From Clostridiales bacterium (GTDB taxonomy: Bacteria; Bacillota; Clostridia; TANB77; CAG-508): a stretch of 61,764 bases of DNA. Where the stretch lies: contig SFKP01000006.1 of NCBI GenBank assembly GCA_004553715.1, forward strand, positions 1 through 61,764. The letters are read 5' to 3'. A program made the position numbers and the translations under genes. Shown here piece after piece: positions 52,997 through 61,649 of the stretch (position 1 is the stretch's first letter; the number at the start of each line of letters is the position of its first letter). The notes beneath the pieces are model-generated. The model was not told the DNA's origin and did no database searches. It saw only the letters and a program-made list of their open reading frames with translations.

Positions 52997-53932
52997 ATGA
53001 AAGAGGCAAAAAAAAAGAAATTTAGCAAATTTTATACAAAGCAAATATTAATAATAAGCTGTATTTTTATTAATATAATATTTCTTGCTTCCGTTTTTGG
53101 TAGATATGTATCAAATAATGTTAGAGGCTTTTTTGGTAGAACAAAGGAATTCTATTTTTATAGTGATAAATTAGATACAAACAATCCAAATTATCAAATT
53201 GAAAGCTGGTCAGGGGTTGATGATTATACAATTACTATAAATATGCATAGCTATGAAAACAATCTATTAGAAACAGAGTATGATATAGAATATGATATTT
53301 CTTATACAGCATCAGATAACATTATTTGCCAACTAAGTAAAACCCAAGGAATGATAAGTGCTGACACAAATACAGATTATTTTAATCTTACAATTACACC
53401 AAATGCTATTTTAGAAACAGGTGATAAGGTTTTCGTAGAGATAACAGCACATGCAAGTTCTCCTTATGAAAAAACAATAAAAGGAAAATTTACATTAGTA
53501 GTGGGGCAAGAAAAACTAAGTTATGAAATAATTGATTCTGTAAATAGCCCATATTGTGAATTAAATATTACAAATACACTTTCTTATTACATAGTAAGCC
53601 AAGCTTTTGATACATATTTAAGTGGTGATAAAATAACAAGAGATACATATTTAAATTTAACAGATACCAATAAGGCAAAATGCTATTCAAGCATAGTGAC
53701 ACTAACATTTAATCCAAATGATGTTTTAATAGATAATACCAATAATGCTTATGTTAATGCAATATCAACTACACAAACTCAAAAAAATAATTATACATAT
53801 ATAAACGGAATGACTTTTAAAGTAGATGCACTTTCAAGTCAGAGAATAAGATTTTATAAGACAGATGTATCGAAGGACTACACATATCCAAAAAATAACA
53901 ATACACCAATAATAACATTAACAAACATATAA
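52997..53932 (+). CDS. secreted subunit with SipW-cognate-type signal (subfamily 2, larger, 311 aa)
   Basis: KQILIISCIFINIIFLASVFGRYVSNN. Shares an (E)YD(I/L) block with the preceding gene product. Confidence 0.55.
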   Translation: MKEAKKKKFSKFYTKQILIISCIFINIIFLASVFGRYVSNNVRGFFGRTKEFYFYSDKLDTNNPNYQIESWSGVDDYTITINMHSYENNLLETEYDIEYDISYTASDNIICQLSKTQGMISADTNTDYFNLTITPNAILETGDKVFVEITAHASSPYEKTIKGKFTLVVGQEKLSYEIIDSVNSPYCELNITNTLSYYIVSQAFDTYLSGDKITRDTYLNLTDTNKAKCYSSIVTLTFNPNDVLIDNTNNAYVNAISTTQTQKNNYTYINGMTFKVDALSSQRIRFYKTDVSKDYTYPKNNNTPIITLTNI

Positions 53933-53954
53933 CACTATAAAAGGAGAAATATAT

Positions 53955-54938
53955 ATGAACATAATGAATGAATATCTTAAGATAACTGAAAAATATATAA
54001 CAAAATACTTTAAAGTAATATTAGAAAATAGATTTAATAAAAAGATATCTGATGAATTTATAAAAACATATATAGAAGCAAGATATTATGATATGGAAGA
54101 GTCACAAAGCAGAAATGAGCTAAAGAGTAATATACTAAAAAAAATATATAAAAAGGCGGAACTATTGTTAAATGAATTTCCCAAGCAGGAAGTAATTATT
54201 GAGCAAATTAAAAATTTTTACAAGTATATTCTATATTTTGATAATGTAATACATAAAAAAGATACAGAAAAATTAATTAATGATATATATGAAAAGAAAA
54301 AACAAATTACAAATAAAGTAAACGAAGATTTTGAGCAAACTTTAAGAAATATAGTATCAGAATACAAAGCTTCTATACAAGATTTGCTAACAAAACTTGA
54401 AAGTGGTGAATTCAGCCTAGAAATTAAAAAAATTTCAGACGAAAATCGTCTAGAAGAAATAGTACTAAACCATGATATTAAATTCCCAATGATATATAGT
54501 AATGAAGCTATACAGAAAGCTTTTGAAACAGACATTATTAAGGAGGATATGCAAGCTGTAGAATATTATTTAGTAATATATAAAATACTTAAAAATATTA
54601 TAAATGGAGATATGAAAAAGCAATACATCGTAAGTTTTCAAGCAACCATATTTGATAAAAAACAAAAATTAAAAAGAATAATAGAAATAATAAACAATCA
54701 ATTCATACAAGAAAAAATAACAATTAAAGTCAAGTATATGGATTTTATAAAATATAAGAAAGAGTATAGCAACTTAATTCGAAATGGCTTTAAAATAGCT
54801 GTTTTGATAGATGAAGGTTTTGACATATCAAAACTAAAAGAACTTGAAATTTCAAAATATGTATTAATAAATAAAGATTTAAAAATTTATCCAGAAATAA
54901 TAAAAAGTAAACATTCTTTAAATATAATAGGAATGTAA
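53955..54938 (+). CDS. hypothetical cytoplasmic protein; C-terminal half has a degenerate EAL-domain-like pattern
   Basis: QYIVSFQATIFD ... EKITIKVKYMDF ... LIRNGFKIAVLIDEGFDISKLKELEISKYVLINKDL resembles the EAL pattern (vsvNlS / lEiTE / G..ialDDFGtG...L..l..d.lKiD), but the catalytic residues are not conserved. AAGGAGA RBS. Confidence 0.4.
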   Translation: MNIMNEYLKITEKYITKYFKVILENRFNKKISDEFIKTYIEARYYDMEESQSRNELKSNILKKIYKKAELLLNEFPKQEVIIEQIKNFYKYILYFDNVIHKKDTEKLINDIYEKKKQITNKVNEDFEQTLRNIVSEYKASIQDLLTKLESGEFSLEIKKISDENRLEEIVLNHDIKFPMIYSNEAIQKAFETDIIKEDMQAVEYYLVIYKILKNIINGDMKKQYIVSFQATIFDKKQKLKRIIEIINNQFIQEKITIKVKYMDFIKYKKEYSNLIRNGFKIAVLIDEGFDISKLKELEISKYVLINKDLKIYPEIIKSKHSLNIIGM

Positions 54939-54975
54939 AATAAAAATAAGCTTAAGGAACGAGGAGGAAAACTAG

Positions 54976-56502
54976 ATGGAAACATTCACAAGATTTTTAT
55001 ATGAATTCTTGTCACAATTTTTTTCAGGACTAATAACAATCGCAACAGGTTTTGGAAAAGGCATAATGCAATTGTTTAATATAAAGGCATATTCAGAAGT
55101 AATAAGTAAATATAAGGGAGATTTTACCATGCCAGAATGGCTTATGGTAGCAATAGCAATACTTGTTATGATACTTGTATATGGAGCAATAATCTTATTA
55201 ATATACTTTCTTATAAGAAAGTATATTAGGTTTAGAAGAAAGATAGTAGAGCAAGAAACTATGTTAGATGAAATTGCCACACTTAACCATAAAGTAGGAG
55301 AACTAATGATTGAAAAAGATAAAATACTAGCAATGAAGGTGTCACAATTAGGCTTAAAACCAGACGAAAGCGCAGAAGAAGAAAAAGAAATGACAAATAC
55401 AAAAGAAGAAGACAAAAATACAGGAATAAGATTCTCAAAATTGAATGATATCGACGAAGAATATAAAAACTATAAAATTAAGAATTATGGAAATAATTTT
55501 ACTTTACCAGAATTATGTGAAAATTTTAGAAACTTTGCAGCATCAAGATTAAAACTATATTATACAACAAACATGATGCAATTATTTATATCCTCTTTGG
55601 CATCAACAAAACTAGTAATTTTACAAGGTATTTCAGGAACAGGTAAAACATCACTTGCCTATGCATGGGGGAAATTTCTAAAACATGACTCATGTGTTGC
55701 TTCTGTTCAGCCATCTTGGAGAGATAGAACAGAATTATTTGGATATTTCAACGAGTTTACTAAAAAATTCAATGAAACTGAAGTTTTAAAGGAAATGTAT
55801 ATAGCGGGATATACAGATGATATATATACCATTATACTAGACGAGATGAACATCTCACGTGTTGAGTATTATTTTGCAGAAATGCTTTCTATACTGGAGA
55901 TGCCTAATAAAGACGAATGGATTGTAGAGCTTGTACCAAATGTTTGGAAAAATGACCCTAAGAAATTAATGGGTGGTAAGTTAAAAATACCATCTAATAT
56001 GTGGTACATAGGAACAATTAATAACGATGACTCTACATTTATGGTTACAGATAAAGTTTACGATAGAGCAATGCCAATAGATATAAATGATAAAGGACAA
56101 GTATTTGAACCGGTTGATACAGACCCAATGGATATAAACTACACATATTTAGATAAGCTTTTCAAACAAGCGATGGAAGAAAATGCAGTTTCACAAGATA
56201 CTTTAGATAAAATAGAAATAATGGATAATTATGTAATACAGCATTTTAGAATTGCATTTGGTAATCGTATAGTTGCACACATGAAAAAATTCGTACCAGT
56301 ATTTGTTGGCTGTGGTGGAGATGAAATTACAGGTGTAGACTATTTTTTAGCAAGAAAAGTTTTAAGAAAATTTGAGCAATTAAATATATCCTATATAAGA
56401 GATGAGATAGAACCATATATAGAATTTTTAAATAAGACTTTTGGAAAAGATAAAATGAAAGAGTGTATAGAATACTTGCAGAGATTGAAGAAGTTAACTT
56501 AG
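54976..56502 (+). CDS. membrane-anchored McrB-family (AAA_5) AAA+ NTPase
   Basis: TM helix MVAIAILVMILVYGAIILLIYFLI, coiled-coil linker, Walker A LQGISGTGKTS, Walker B region TIILDEMNISRVEYYFAEMLSILE, and IGTINNDDSTFMVTDKVYDRAMPIDI, which parallels McrB iiGTmNtaDrS...D.AlrRRF. Confidence 0.75.
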   Translation: METFTRFLYEFLSQFFSGLITIATGFGKGIMQLFNIKAYSEVISKYKGDFTMPEWLMVAIAILVMILVYGAIILLIYFLIRKYIRFRRKIVEQETMLDEIATLNHKVGELMIEKDKILAMKVSQLGLKPDESAEEEKEMTNTKEEDKNTGIRFSKLNDIDEEYKNYKIKNYGNNFTLPELCENFRNFAASRLKLYYTTNMMQLFISSLASTKLVILQGISGTGKTSLAYAWGKFLKHDSCVASVQPSWRDRTELFGYFNEFTKKFNETEVLKEMYIAGYTDDIYTIILDEMNISRVEYYFAEMLSILEMPNKDEWIVELVPNVWKNDPKKLMGGKLKIPSNMWYIGTINNDDSTFMVTDKVYDRAMPIDINDKGQVFEPVDTDPMDINYTYLDKLFKQAMEENAVSQDTLDKIEIMDNYVIQHFRIAFGNRIVAHMKKFVPVFVGCGGDEITGVDYFLARKVLRKFEQLNISYIRDEIEPYIEFLNKTFGKDKMKECIEYLQRLKKLT

Positions 56503-56556
56503 ATGATAGGTGTTAAAAAAAGCTTTTGTCGTGGTTGGAAGGAAGAATAAAAAGCT

Positions 56557-57651
56557 ATGAAAAGATTAAAAGTAATAAGATTATATCAAAGTGAAGAAAG
56601 TAATCAGAATGAATTTATGAAGAGCATTAATTCAAGTTTAAATGTTAAAACAAATTATCAAAAAGTGACAGAAGATTTGGAATGGATCGATCTTATGGAA
56701 TTAACTATTCCATATATAGGGAATATTTTAAAAAATCCAAACAGATTTATAATTAATGAAGAAGAAATTGTAAAAATAGAGTTAGCAAGAAGAATAACAG
56801 TAGATAGTATAAAACATTTATCTAAAAATACAAATTTTATACAAGATTTTGATCAAAAAACGGGAGATGTAAAACCATCTAAAATACTTAATATAAATAA
56901 AGAAGAAAGTTATGATACGTACGAAAACCGTTTCATATATACTTTAATACAAAACATGAAGTTTTTCATAAGTAAGCGAAAAAAAATACTAGAAGGAAGA
57001 AAAGCAATAAAAGAAAGAAGTAACAAACAGATAGACTATACAGGAATATCAAAAATAGCAAATGAAAACATAAGTATTAAAATAGAATTAACTACTAATA
57101 AGGAAGAAAAATGCACTATATCTGATACAATCGCGAGAATAGAAAGACTAGAGCAACAAATACAAGATTTAACATCTTCGGAAACGTATAAAATAATAGA
57201 TAAAAAGCATATTGCCCTAGTTGTTTCACCGATAAAGAGGACAAATGTCATCCTAAAAAACGTCAATTTTCAATATGCAGTAAAACTTTGGAATTATATG
57301 CAACAGAATATAGATGATAAAACAAAAGAAGTAAAAAGCAGAAGAAATTTTTCTGATGATAAAGAAATGAAAGAATTAGTTGACGAAACATTTTTGCTAG
57401 ATTATTTAATAGTAAATTCATTAGACAAGGGACAAGCTGATACTCTTGAAAAGAAACAGGCAAAACAGCAAATTACTAACAAAGTCTTAGAAAAAATATT
57501 ATATTCAAACGATAATCTTACAGAAGAACAGTTAAAAGATATAATATCAAAAACATATAAAACAATGAAACATAAAAACATGGCAACAATTGCAGAAGTG
57601 CAGAGAGTGTTTAAGGAACACATTGATTATTATTTAAAACAAATAAAATAA
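56557..57651 (+). CDS. McrC N-terminal/DUF2357-like partner protein with no recognisable nuclease domain
   Basis: SYDTYENRFIYTLIQNM block and the later PIKRTNVILKNVNFQYAVKLWNYM block fit my recollection of DUF2357/McrC-like proteins. The C-terminus is a K/E-rich helical tail, and I can see no PD-(D/E)xK motif. Confidence 0.5.
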   Translation: MKRLKVIRLYQSEESNQNEFMKSINSSLNVKTNYQKVTEDLEWIDLMELTIPYIGNILKNPNRFIINEEEIVKIELARRITVDSIKHLSKNTNFIQDFDQKTGDVKPSKILNINKEESYDTYENRFIYTLIQNMKFFISKRKKILEGRKAIKERSNKQIDYTGISKIANENISIKIELTTNKEEKCTISDTIARIERLEQQIQDLTSSETYKIIDKKHIALVVSPIKRTNVILKNVNFQYAVKLWNYMQQNIDDKTKEVKSRRNFSDDKEMKELVDETFLLDYLIVNSLDKGQADTLEKKQAKQQITNKVLEKILYSNDNLTEEQLKDIISKTYKTMKHKNMATIAEVQRVFKEHIDYYLKQIK

Positions 57652-57663
57652 GTTTGACCCAAA

Positions 57664-58263
57664 ATGGAGGAAAATAAAATGTTAGAAAAATTAAAAGAAA
57701 ATAAAGCACTAAAACTAATATATAATATTTTATATACATTACTTGTAGTTTTAGTAGTATTAATATTGATAACAGTTGTTTTACAAAGAGTATCTAACAA
57801 CACTTTAAGTTTAGGTGGTTTTAGAGTATTTAATATAGTCAGTGGAAGTATGCTTCCAAAATATGAAGTAGGGGATGTACTAATATCCAAAACACTAGAA
57901 CCATCAGAGATAAAGCAGGGGGATGATGTGGTATATCAAGGGGCAGAAGGTGATTTTTCTGGAAAAATTGTCACACATCAGGTTATAGAAATAGAAGAAG
58001 AAAATGGGAATTACAAATTTCATACAAAAGGACTTGCAAACACTGGAGAAGATCCTATAGTCAAACAAGAACAAGTAATAGGAAAAGTAATATATAAAAT
58101 GCAAACTTTAAGCTATATTTCAAGACTAGTAAATAACTTGTATTCATTCTACTTTATAATATTTATTCCATTAGTATTACTAATATTTTTAGAGATAAGA
58201 AAAGCAGTTATAGATATAAGAGAAAATAAAGAAGATAAGGAAGATGAAGAAAAAAAGGAATAA
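57664..58263 (+). CDS. SipW/Sec11-type signal peptidase I (Ser and His present, canonical Asp position substituted)
   Basis: IVSGSMLP, VTHQVI, but TKGLANTGED where paralogues have KGDNN. ATG 57679, after GGAGGA, is the likely start. Confidence 0.8.
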   Translation: MEENKMLEKLKENKALKLIYNILYTLLVVLVVLILITVVLQRVSNNTLSLGGFRVFNIVSGSMLPKYEVGDVLISKTLEPSEIKQGDDVVYQGAEGDFSGKIVTHQVIEIEEENGNYKFHTKGLANTGEDPIVKQEQVIGKVIYKMQTLSYISRLVNNLYSFYFIIFIPLVLLIFLEIRKAVIDIRENKEDKEDEEKKE

Positions 58264-58873
58264 GATGAATAAGCAAAGAGATGATATTTTTATAATTAAA
58301 TTATTTAAAAGAATCAAACTAAGAAATCTAATTTTATTAATATTATTGCTTAGTTTTAATTCATATGCCTGGTTTATATATGCAACAAAAGTGTCTACTG
58401 GAATGAGTGCACATATATCTTCTTGGAATGTACATTTTCAGGCAGGGGAAGAAGAAATTAAAACAGAAATAATGCTAGATTTTGATATAATTTATCCGGG
58501 AATGGAAATACAGTCAAAAACCGTAACAGCATATAATACTGGAGAAACTTTGGCAAATTTATCGTATGAAATAAAAACCATAAGAATATTAGACACAACA
58601 TATACAACAAGTGAAACATTGACACAAGAAGAAATACTAAATATAATTGATACCACATGCCCGTTTAACATTGCTTTTGAAATAGATAATTCAAATTTAA
58701 ATTCGACAAATGGAAGTGCAAATTTTACTGCAATAATATCATGGCCAATGGAAGGTAATGATGTATTAGACACAGAGTGGGGGGAATTAGCATACGAATA
58801 TAATAAAAACAATCCAACCAGTCCTAGCATACATATAGAATTAGTAATAAAGGCTATTCAAGCCACACAATAG
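58244..58873 (+). CDS. TasA/camelysin-like secreted subunit (subfamily 1)
   Basis: LILLILLLSFNSYAWFIYATKVSTG...SSWNVHFQAG. Ends IELVIKAIQATQ. Alternative start at ATG 58265. Confidence 0.6.
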   Translation: MKKKRNKMNKQRDDIFIIKLFKRIKLRNLILLILLLSFNSYAWFIYATKVSTGMSAHISSWNVHFQAGEEEIKTEIMLDFDIIYPGMEIQSKTVTAYNTGETLANLSYEIKTIRILDTTYTTSETLTQEEILNIIDTTCPFNIAFEIDNSNLNSTNGSANFTAIISWPMEGNDVLDTEWGELAYEYNKNNPTSPSIHIELVIKAIQATQ

Positions 58874-58882
58874 AAATTATAT

Positions 58883-59485
58883 TTATATTGTAGTACTAGT
58901 AGTTTGAGTAAATGATATTGATACATCCAAAAGGGCTTCGTTCGAGCTTTCAAAAGTAGCAGCAGCATCTGCAATATTATTCATACTAGCATTACTAGAA
59001 TCATCCCATAAAATGTACACACGTATTGTTCTAGAGTCAATGCCACTATTATAATATATTGTATCACTTATACCAGTATTACCGTCAAAATCAAGGCGCT
59101 CTTCATTATCAATAGAATAGCCAGAAACTACTAAGTCTGTGACACTACTATCTTCATTTGGTTTAATATTTATATCATAAATAAAAGAAACGTCAGTGTC
59201 TGAAAAATCAAATACAAGATCAAAATAACCTTCTGCTGTAGGAGCAATAACTCCACTAGCAATATGGGAATTACCCGGAAAAACAGGTGAAATAACAGAA
59301 GAAAGTGCAGAATTATTTTTTATTGAAACATCATTAACTTTAATATTCCATCTGGCGATTGGAATACTTGCAATTTGGTTAGCAGAAGTAATATATTTTG
59401 CAAATGTATATACCATAATGCAAAAACATATACAGGCAGAAACGACAGATAAGAATAATAATAACTTTTTAAATAATTTAGACAT
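58883..59485 (-). CDS. TasA/camelysin-like secreted subunit (subfamily 1), encoded on the opposite strand
   Basis: MSKLFKKLLLFLSVVSACICFCIMVYTFAKYITSANQIASIPIARWNIKVND. Ends LLDVSISFTQTTSTTI. Confidence 0.65.
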   Translation of the reverse strand: MSKLFKKLLLFLSVVSACICFCIMVYTFAKYITSANQIASIPIARWNIKVNDVSIKNNSALSSVISPVFPGNSHIASGVIAPTAEGYFDLVFDFSDTDVSFIYDINIKPNEDSSVTDLVVSGYSIDNEERLDFDGNTGISDTIYYNSGIDSRTIRVYILWDDSSNASMNNIADAAATFESSNEALLDVSISFTQTTSTTI

Positions 59486-59568
59486 AGAATCAACCCTTTC
59501 AAAATATGATTAGATTTTATCATACTAAATTATTTAGAGCAATAAAAATAAAGGAAAAAGAAGAAAAA

Positions 59569-60267
59569 ATGTTAAAGGAAAAAGTAAAATTAAATTCAGA
59601 AAAAATTAATATAAGAGAAAGAAGAATAAAAGCACTAAAACTAGGTTTATTAATTAGTTTGCTATTTTTAATAATAATTTATGTAATTTTACGAATTGTA
59701 TATACTCAAGGCGCTTTTACTATTGCTTTAAATCAAAACTTTGCGAAGAAAAGTGGACTAATAATGTATGAAAATGGAGAGATAAAAGAAGGTAGAAGAG
59801 TGCTAGAAGCTGACAAAAAGGAGTTTATGGACAATATATCTATTAATTGGCTACCTAAAGACTTAAACGAACATCCAGGGGGAGCACACAATGGAGATAA
59901 TTACATAGCATATACATTTTTTGTAGAAAATCAAGGTAGCCAAACTACGAACTATTGGTATACAATAATTATAGATGATATAATAAGAGATGTAGATGAA
60001 GCAGTAAGAGTAATGATATATCATAATGGGGCAGAAGAAGTATATGCAAAAATTGGGAAAAATGGGAAAGCAGAAGCAAATACTACACCTTTTTATTCAG
60101 ATAAATATGTATTGATGAGAGTAAGAGAAGATTTTAATGAGGGAGATAGAGATAAGTTTACGATTGTAATATGGATTGAAGGAGATGACCCAGATTGCAT
60201 AGATTATTTGATAGGAGGTCAAATGAAAATGCATATGGAAATAACTGAGGAACATATCGAACAGTAA
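59569..60267 (+). CDS. TasA-like secreted or membrane-anchored subunit (subfamily 3)
   Basis: Basic N-terminus, TM LGLLISLLFLIIIYVILRIVYTQGAFTIAL. C-terminal IVIWIEGDDPDC motif shared with the next gene. Confidence 0.55.
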   Translation: MLKEKVKLNSEKINIRERRIKALKLGLLISLLFLIIIYVILRIVYTQGAFTIALNQNFAKKSGLIMYENGEIKEGRRVLEADKKEFMDNISINWLPKDLNEHPGGAHNGDNYIAYTFFVENQGSQTTNYWYTIIIDDIIRDVDEAVRVMIYHNGAEEVYAKIGKNGKAEANTTPFYSDKYVLMRVREDFNEGDRDKFTIVIWIEGDDPDCIDYLIGGQMKMHMEITEEHIEQ

Positions 60268-60327
60268 AAAAGAAAATATGACAAACATATTACAAATATT
60301 ACAAATAAATTACATTTTTAAAATGTA

Positions 60328-60356
60328 TTGACATTATTTTTCCAAAGATGTAATAT
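60328..60356 (+). promoter_or_regulatory. strong sigma-A promoter (consensus -35, extended -10) with upstream palindrome
   Basis: TTGACA (60328-60333), 17 nt ending in TG, TAATAT (60351-60356). Perfect palindrome TACATTTTTAAAATGTA (60311-60327) abuts the -35. ATTACAAAT direct repeats lie upstream. Confidence 0.65.
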
Positions 60357-60393
60357 TGAGTTATCCAAAAAAATAAAAGAAAGGAAGAATAAT

Positions 60394-61410
60394 ATGAAAA
60401 CAAGAAAAACAAAAAGACATAGCGCGAGAGCAACTTTATTATTGTTATTACTTTTTTCAGTAATATTACTATCATCATCTTATGCATGGTTTACAGCAAA
60501 CCAAACAGTTACAATTAGCCAACTAGAAGTTAATGTAGCAGCACAAGGAGGTTTACAAATTTCAGCAGATGGAAGTAAATGGTCTGCTTTAGTAAACAAA
60601 TCAGACTTAGTGACAGCAGCTAGTACATATAGTGATTTAATAAATCAATTCCCATCAGCTTTTGAAGCTGTATCAACAGCTGGAAATGTAACAGATGGTA
60701 AAATGGATATGTTCGCAGGAACTGTTTTAGCAGATGAAAATACAGGTATTTATGAATTAACAGCCGAAAAACAAACAGAGGTAACAGGCACAACTGGTAA
60801 ATTTATAGCTTTTGACATTTTCTTTAAAGTTGAGAAAGCAACAAATATAGAATTAACATCTAAGTCAGGGGTTAAATTAAAATCAGGTTCAACAAGCCAA
60901 GGAATTCAAAATGCAGCAAGAGTAGCTTTTTTAGTTCAAGGAACCAAGCCAGATGGAACAGCTTTGTCAACTATACAAAAACAAAATGGAGCAACAACAG
61001 AAAGTGGGAGATATATTTGGGAGCCAAATTATGATGTTCATACAGCAGCTGCAACACAAGCGGCTTTAGGAACTTATGGTTTAACAATTAGTGAAACTGG
61101 CGAAGAGAGAATATCTTATGATGGTGTTAAAGCAACAATTACAGATGGTATTGCTTTAGCAGATGCTAAAGCAACTGGAGCTAACACAGCATATTTTGCA
61201 ACAACTCCAATCGCATATTCAACAACTGCAGCATTTGGAACAAATGTTACAGACGCACAAGCTATATTCCAATTACCAGCAGGAATAACAAAAGTGAGAG
61301 TATATATGTGGATAGAAGGGCAAGATGTAGATTGTGAAAACAATGCCTCAGGTGCAGATATTACATTTGATATGCAAATAAAAAGATCAGCAACACAACC
61401 AAGTGCTTAA
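60394..61410 (+). CDS. TasA-like secreted subunit (subfamily 3), candidate major subunit
   Basis: [50 protein letters not shown]. Ala/Gly/Thr-rich composition unlike its neighbours. VYMWIEGQDVDC motif. Own promoter and terminator. Confidence 0.7.
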   Translation: MKTRKTKRHSARATLLLLLLFSVILLSSSYAWFTANQTVTISQLEVNVAAQGGLQISADGSKWSALVNKSDLVTAASTYSDLINQFPSAFEAVSTAGNVTDGKMDMFAGTVLADENTGIYELTAEKQTEVTGTTGKFIAFDIFFKVEKATNIELTSKSGVKLKSGSTSQGIQNAARVAFLVQGTKPDGTALSTIQKQNGATTESGRYIWEPNYDVHTAAATQAALGTYGLTISETGEERISYDGVKATITDGIALADAKATGANTAYFATTPIAYSTTAAFGTNVTDAQAIFQLPAGITKVRVYMWIEGQDVDCENNASGADITFDMQIKRSATQPSA

Positions 61411-61430
61411 ACTAAACCTTTAGAATATAA

Positions 61431-61462
61431 ACCTCTTCAAATATAATTTGAGGGGGTTTTTC
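61431..61462 (+). terminator. rho-independent terminator
   Basis: Imperfect CCTCTTCAAAT / ATTTGAGGGGG hairpin followed by TTTTT. Confidence 0.6.
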
Positions 61463-61649
61463 AATATGATAATAATTCTTTAAGATAAAAATAAATAATG
61501 AATATTTGTACTCGCTTTGTACATAATTATTTAGGATTTCATTTATACCCTTTATGCAAAAAAATATGACCACTTATCTCAAATTACAACGTTAGTATAA
61601 ACTTTTAGTAGGGAAATCTTAGAAAAAAATGTTAAAGCAATAGAAAAAA

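Noticed and set aside
54976-57651. Calling the AAA+ pair a standard McrBC type IV restriction system
   Set aside because: The McrB-like protein has a TM anchor instead of a DNA-binding N-domain, and the partner lacks a visible PD-(D/E)xK nuclease. The pair is therefore reported as a finding rather than annotated as a restriction system.
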